From: a virus
DNA length: 64,000 nucleotides
Strand: one strand, 5' to 3'
Virus record (IMG/VR): IMGVR_UViG_3300044710_000107
Location: 24,246-88,245 of that record
A program made the translations under genes and the position numbers. The first letter of the stretch is position 1. The number at the start of each line of letters is the position of its first letter. Shown one piece after another: positions 59,138-64,000 of the stretch. The notes beneath the pieces are model-generated. The model saw nothing but the letters and a program-made list of their open reading frames with translations, was not told where the DNA came from and did not search any database.

Positions 59138-60670
59138 ATGAGCATTCAGGTCATCGAGGGCGACAGCCTGCTCGTCCTGCCGACGCTGCCGGCGGACAGC
59201 TTCCACGCCATCGTGACCGATCCGCCGTACGGCTTGGAGTTCATGGGCAAGGAGTGGGACGGCTCAGACGGCTTTCGGCGCTCGCTCAACGCCGCCGACG
59301 CCGGCCGCGACGATGTGTTCGGCCGCACGTCGCAGAAGGCCCCGGAGTTCAAGACGGGCGCGAGCTGGCAGACAGGCGCCGGTTTCTCGAAGCCTGGCAT
59401 CGGCGAGCGGCAGACCGCGTGGCCGTCCTTCACCGGTGGCAATGACCAGTTCGGGGGCGCCAACCCGACGTGCGCGACCTGCGGCGGTCGGGCGCGAGGC
59501 AAGAAGAAATGCGCATGCGTTGAGCCTGACTGGCGGGTGAAGGGTGCCGCTCCGGACCGGCAGTATGGCCGGCATCGCCAGATGCTTACCTATCAGCAAT
59601 GGTGCGAAGCGTGGGCGCATGAGGCCCTTCGCGTCCTCAAGCCCGGCGGCCATATGCTCGCGTTCGGTGGCACGCGGACCTATCACCGGCTGGTGTGCGC
59701 GATCGAGGACGCAGGCTTTGAAATCCGCGACGCGATCATGTGGCATTACGGCAGCGGCTTTCCGAAGTCGCTCGATGTCAGCAAGGCGATCGACAAAGCG
59801 GCTCGGGCCGAGCGCGAGGTCATCGCGGAGGGCGCGCCCGTAAAGCGCATGATCCCCGGTGCCGACCAGGACGCTACCGGCTCGTGGGTCAAGGACAATG
59901 GCCGCGAGTTCGTGCCGACGCAGACCGTGCCGGCCACGGATGCCGCGCGGAAATGGTCTGGCTGGGGCACGGCGCTGAAACCGGCGACCGAGATCATCTG
60001 CGTGGCGCGCAAGCCGCTGATCGGAACCGTGGTGGCGAACGTGCTGGCGCACGGGACCGGCGCGCTGAACATCGATGGGTGCCGGGTCGATGGACCGATG
60101 GACGGCGTTTGGGGAACGAGCAATGCGACTGTCGGCAGAGATCGGATGTTCAACGCATCTCCCGAGATGGGCGAGTATCGAAGTGAAAAACATCCGGCTG
60201 GGCGATGGCCGGCGAACGTGATCCACGACGGCAGCGAGGAGGTGGTGGCAGCGTTTCCGCAAGCGCCGGGGCAGATGGCGGCTGTGCGGCCAGATAGCGG
60301 CACCGGGCAGAAAACCGACGGCATCTACGGCGCGTTCGGCACGAACAGCGATCATGATCCGCGAGGGGACGCCGGCTCTGCGGCACGGTTTTTCTACTGC
60401 GCGAAGGCTGATAAGGGCGACCGCGCCGACTCCAAGCACCCGACCGTGAAGCCACTCGCGCTGTTCGAGTGGCTGGTCAAGCTGGTGACGCCGCCGGGCG
60501 GTCACGTGCTGGATTGCTTCGCCGGTAGCGGCATCGCCGGTGAAGCGTGCATGAAGCTGGGCTTCGACTGCACCATGATCGAGCGCGACCCGCAGCACGC
60601 GGCGGACATTCGGCACCGGATCAAGCGGTGGTCTGGCCAGGATACGCCGCTTTTCGCCGCAGCCGACTGA
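59138..60670 (+). CDS. DNA methyltransferase (N6-A/N4-C, beta class)
   Basis: VTDPPYG, LRVLKPGG, W.YGSGFPK, HPTVKP, VLDCFAGSG. Confidence 0.92.
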   Translation: MSIQVIEGDSLLVLPTLPADSFHAIVTDPPYGLEFMGKEWDGSDGFRRSLNAADAGRDDVFGRTSQKAPEFKTGASWQTGAGFSKPGIGERQTAWPSFTGGNDQFGGANPTCATCGGRARGKKKCACVEPDWRVKGAAPDRQYGRHRQMLTYQQWCEAWAHEALRVLKPGGHMLAFGGTRTYHRLVCAIEDAGFEIRDAIMWHYGSGFPKSLDVSKAIDKAARAEREVIAEGAPVKRMIPGADQDATGSWVKDNGREFVPTQTVPATDAARKWSGWGTALKPATEIICVARKPLIGTVVANVLAHGTGALNIDGCRVDGPMDGVWGTSNATVGRDRMFNASPEMGEYRSEKHPAGRWPANVIHDGSEEVVAAFPQAPGQMAAVRPDSGTGQKTDGIYGAFGTNSDHDPRGDAGSAARFFYCAKADKGDRADSKHPTVKPLALFEWLVKLVTPPGGHVLDCFAGSGIAGEACMKLGFDCTMIERDPQHAADIRHRIKRWSGQDTPLFAAAD

Positions 60671-60678
60671 GGGGCGCC

Positions 60679-60888
60679 ATGGACGACAAGGCCACGAAGC
60701 AGGAAGTTCGCTACAGCGACCACGGCACCGACCGCGAGCACTGCCAGATTTGCCGGTACTATGTCCATGGCGGCGCCTGCACGAAGGTGGCCGGGCGCAT
60801 CTCGCCGCAAGGTTGGTGCAGGAAGTTCAAGAAATCGCCGCATGCCGGTTACGGCGCCGGCGACCTGCATCCGCGCAGGGCGGCCTGA
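60679..60888 (+). CDS. HiPIP-like (4Fe-4S) small protein
   Basis: Y......CQICRYY....C..V.G.ISPQGWC..F. Confidence 0.65.
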   Translation: MDDKATKQEVRYSDHGTDREHCQICRYYVHGGACTKVAGRISPQGWCRKFKKSPHAGYGAGDLHPRRAA

Positions 60889-60919
60889 AGGTGTTCGTAT
60901 CACACGAATACCCTGACCG

Positions 60920-62491
60920 GTGAGCGGCGCGGCCCAATATTCCGACCTCGACGACGCCGACATGGCTGCGTTCCGGGCGCGGCAGCGCTGGCTGCTGCAA
61001 GCCCGGTCGAGGCGCCGGCAGGGGAAGCAGCTACCGCCGACCGACGATGCCTGGGACATCCTGCTCTTCATCGCCGGGCGCGGCTTCGGGAAAACGCTCA
61101 GCCTCACGCAATGGGGCTTCTGGGAAGGCTGGCGCGCTCCCGAGATCATCGGCCACGTCGTGGCACCCACCTACAGCGACGCCCGCGGCACCGTGTTCGA
61201 AGGTCCGGCCGGCTTCAAGAGCATCATCCCGGCCGAGTGCCTGTGGCGCGCATCGTGGGACCGCGCATACACCAGCACGCCGCCGATCGAGCTCAAACTG
61301 TCGAACGGCAGCATCATCCGCGGCTTCGGCGCCGTCGAGGAAGCGTCCCGCCTCCGCGGCCCGCAGTGCCACTTCCTGCTCGGCGACGAGTTGCGCGAGT
61401 GGGACAAGCCGGCCGGCAACCTGGAACTGGCGCTCAACAACGCCCTGTTCGGCCTGCGGCTGCTTTACCCCGACGGCACGCCGGCGCGGGCATTGCTCGC
61501 CACCACCAGCAAGCCGATCCCGTTCCTGAAGCGCCTGCAGAAGCGCGAGGGCGTCCGCGTCGTGCGCGGCACCAGCTACGAGAACCTGCCGAACCTGTCG
61601 CCGACCTTCCGCAACACGATCCTGGCCATGGAGGGGACGAACCTTGGCCGCCAGGAGATCCACGGCGCGTTCCTCGACGAGGAAAGCGACCTCTCCATCA
61701 TCAAGCGGCACTGGATCAAGCTGTGGCCGGCGCGGAAGCCGCTGCCGAGCTTCCACTTCATCGTCGAGAGCTACGACACCGCCGCCAGCGAGGAGAACTT
61801 CGACAAGAAGCGGCAGGAGACCGATCCGACCGCGTGCGCGGTGTTCGGTGTTTTCAATGTGAACGATGCGTTTGACGAAGGAGAGAGGAAGAAACTTGGA
61901 ATCAAGTCGCGCTACGCTGTCCTCGTTTGCGACGCATGGGATGAGCGGCTTGGCCTCCCCGAATTGCTGGAACGCGCGCGCAAACAGCATCGGGTCAAGT
62001 GGGGAGGCGGCGGCAAGCGGGGTGGCGATGCGGTCGAAGGCCGGCAGGCGGACATCGTTCTCATTGAGGACAAGTCATCTGGGCCAGGGCTGCGGCAATT
62101 TTTAGCGAAGTACGGGGTGCCCGCTTGGCCCACGAATCCGGGCCGGATAGACAAGACGATGAGGCTGCATGCCATCTCGCCGCTTCTCCATCAGGGAATG
62201 CTATTCGTCCCTGAGAGCCTGCGCCCAGATCGAGAGGGCATGCCACGTGATTGGTGCGAGCCTTACCTCGAACAATTAACAGCGTTCGCTGGCCCCGGCA
62301 GCGTCGAGCATGACGATTACGTCGATGTGACGACTGGAGCCTTTGCCTATCTCCGTGATCGCGGAATCCTGCAAGCCAGCCCCAACGAGGCAATTATAGA
62401 TCGGGAGGAATTTCGCGATTTGGAAGAACAGAAGGCGATTAGGGCGCAAGAAGAGCAAAGACGCCGAGGTCGCGGAAATCCGTACGGCTGA
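60920..62491 (+). CDS. terL: terminase large subunit
   Basis: AGRGFGKT, LRGPQ, GDE, SYDTA, IEDKSSG, HDDYVD. Confidence 0.93.
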   Translation: MSGAAQYSDLDDADMAAFRARQRWLLQARSRRRQGKQLPPTDDAWDILLFIAGRGFGKTLSLTQWGFWEGWRAPEIIGHVVAPTYSDARGTVFEGPAGFKSIIPAECLWRASWDRAYTSTPPIELKLSNGSIIRGFGAVEEASRLRGPQCHFLLGDELREWDKPAGNLELALNNALFGLRLLYPDGTPARALLATTSKPIPFLKRLQKREGVRVVRGTSYENLPNLSPTFRNTILAMEGTNLGRQEIHGAFLDEESDLSIIKRHWIKLWPARKPLPSFHFIVESYDTAASEENFDKKRQETDPTACAVFGVFNVNDAFDEGERKKLGIKSRYAVLVCDAWDERLGLPELLERARKQHRVKWGGGGKRGGDAVEGRQADIVLIEDKSSGPGLRQFLAKYGVPAWPTNPGRIDKTMRLHAISPLLHQGMLFVPESLRPDREGMPRDWCEPYLEQLTAFAGPGSVEHDDYVDVTTGAFAYLRDRGILQASPNEAIIDREEFRDLEEQKAIRAQEEQRRRGRGNPYG

Positions 62492-63269
62492 AGGTCGGCG
62501 TGATACCGGCATCATCGAGGCTCCCGCGACGGCGAAGCTCCGCCAGCAACTCTTCAGTCGTGAAATTCTCGATCCGAGCCATCTTTCTTTTGTTCGTCGC
62601 CTGTTGCTTCCACGTCGCCCAACGGCAATTTTCCTTCGTGTAGTCGGCGTTGACGTCAATGCGGTCGAGAGAGAACTCGCTCCGCCGGCCAGGGCGGCGC
62701 CCCATGTCTCTCAGGAACGCTCCAAAATCGTTCCGCCACTCATCGCAGACCCGAATGCCTCGTGCCCCGTAGTTCTTGTACTCGGGCAGGGTGGGAGAAT
62801 AGCAGCGGCGTACTAAGTTCCGCCATGTCGTGTATTCTGGGCTTCTTTCGGCTGAGCCACCATGCTTTGTGACGATGTCGAGCAGGTAGCATCCGCAACT
62901 CTTGCTGTTGCCATTCTTCAACGACTGACGGGCCACCTCTTTCGTTGTTCCACAGTCGCATCGGCAAGTCCAGTATACGGTTCCAGCGCGCCGCGTCCCG
63001 ACGGGATGGTTCGGCGCTCGACCGACGACTATCCATCTTCCAAACCTCTGTCCCGATAGGTCCGCCGCGCGGGCGCAACCGCAGGATTTTGTCGTTCCCT
63101 TTCGCAGGAAATCTGAGCGGATGGATCGAAGCGTTCCGCAGTCGCATCTGCACGACCACATCGCCTGCTTCTTCAACGACGCAGTGCCATCCAACCGCGG
63201 GAGGACCAGCCATTTCCCGAACCGTTGACCGGTCATGTCGATCGCGGCCATGTTCTCTGCCTCGCTCAT
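62439..63269 (-). mobile_element. HNH-type homing endonuclease with duplicated G.RFG..W.C.CDCG..SCGC repeats
   Basis: YGARGI.VC..W, SLDRIDVN..Y...NCRWAT..QQ..N; convergent overlap with terL 3' end. Confidence 0.9.
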
Positions 63270-63300
63270 ACGCCGACCGCAACAATAGAGGATTCCGCCG

Positions 63301-63537
63301 ATGACCGCGAGCGAAAAGGACATCGACCGGCTCGCATCGGCACTGCTGCCGATCATCGAGCAGGCCCTGGGCATGAAGACGCGGGCCGACCATGGCACGG
63401 TGGTCCACCTCACCGCTGATGAGATCAACGCCGGAAAGGCTGCGCTCGAAGCCACTGGCCGCTGGCCCTACCGCATGTGGGAAGAGCCTCGCCTCCCTGA
63501 TCCGGCCGCGTACACAGGCGGCCCGCTCATCATCTGA
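63301..63537 (+). CDS. hypothetical protein
   Basis: GAGG RBS; 78 aa. Confidence 0.55.
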   Translation: MTASEKDIDRLASALLPIIEQALGMKTRADHGTVVHLTADEINAGKAALEATGRWPYRMWEEPRLPDPAAYTGGPLII

Positions 63538-64000
63538 TCCGTTCCCCCGATGTTCTTCCTCGGCGGCGCGTCTTAACAATACGTTCCAGCGGCGTTCCGC
63601 GAATCGGGGCGCTGCGGAAACAAACAGGCCGGCTCGCACGACGCGGCCGGCCTAGTCACGCGCGGACGTGTTGGCAGCACGCTACCCGCCATTGCCTTAT
63701 CGTTAGGAGATTCTGTCCGCACCCCGGCCGCGTGTGAACGCTCATACACATGCCGCCATTCGGGGCGGCGCCGTGCCGTGCTCCATGCGCGACGCTGCAC
63801 CCTACCACATTCCCGCCAGCAGGTGCTACGTTGCGCCTCCCGCACGGGCTGGCGCGCGGCCGCCGGCTGGCAAACGCCGACACAGGAGCCGCGCCCATGG
63901 CCCTATTGCCGCAGCCCACCGGCAACGAAATCCCGCCCGACCGCCGCGGACCGCCGCCGCGTGTGAACGGCGACGCCGGGCCGTCCGAGGGCATCGACGT

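Noticed and set aside
59138-60670. Restriction-modification system
   Set aside because: Orphan methyltransferase with no adjacent restriction endonuclease

Overview
High-GC (roughly two-thirds G+C) segment of a tailed dsDNA phage genome, podovirus-like, most likely infecting an alphaproteobacterium (inferred from the GapR-like gene, RcGTA-like head spike base and promoter style). No host chromosomal genes, integrase, tRNA, rRNA or CRISPR array were recognised. Layout: (1) 1-10 kb divergent early region: Cro-like HTH and GapR-like gene leftward; DnaQ-like exonuclease, extended RecT, HAD-like protein, HerA/DUF87 ATPase and DUF3268 rightward. (2) 10-59 kb minus-strand late operon: GroES, scaffold, major capsid, head accessory proteins, adaptors, tail and collagen-like fibres, glycosyltransferase, GNAT, internal virion proteins, a ~3100-aa polyvalent protein (ParB-like, JAB, ART, metallopeptidase), and a lysis cassette with lysozyme, lipoprotein and a class-3 lipase. 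(3) 59-64 kb plus-strand DNA methyltransferase, HiPIP-like protein and large terminase. Six free-standing homing endonucleases are present. The most striking observations are small genes overprinted in the +1 frame inside the giant polyvalent gene, directly after its enzymatic domains; AT-rich synonymous recoding patches in essential genes next to homing endonucleases; and a recurrent short x-x-x-G-G motif shared by many head and internal proteins. All annotations come from motif recognition by eye; no database searches were run.
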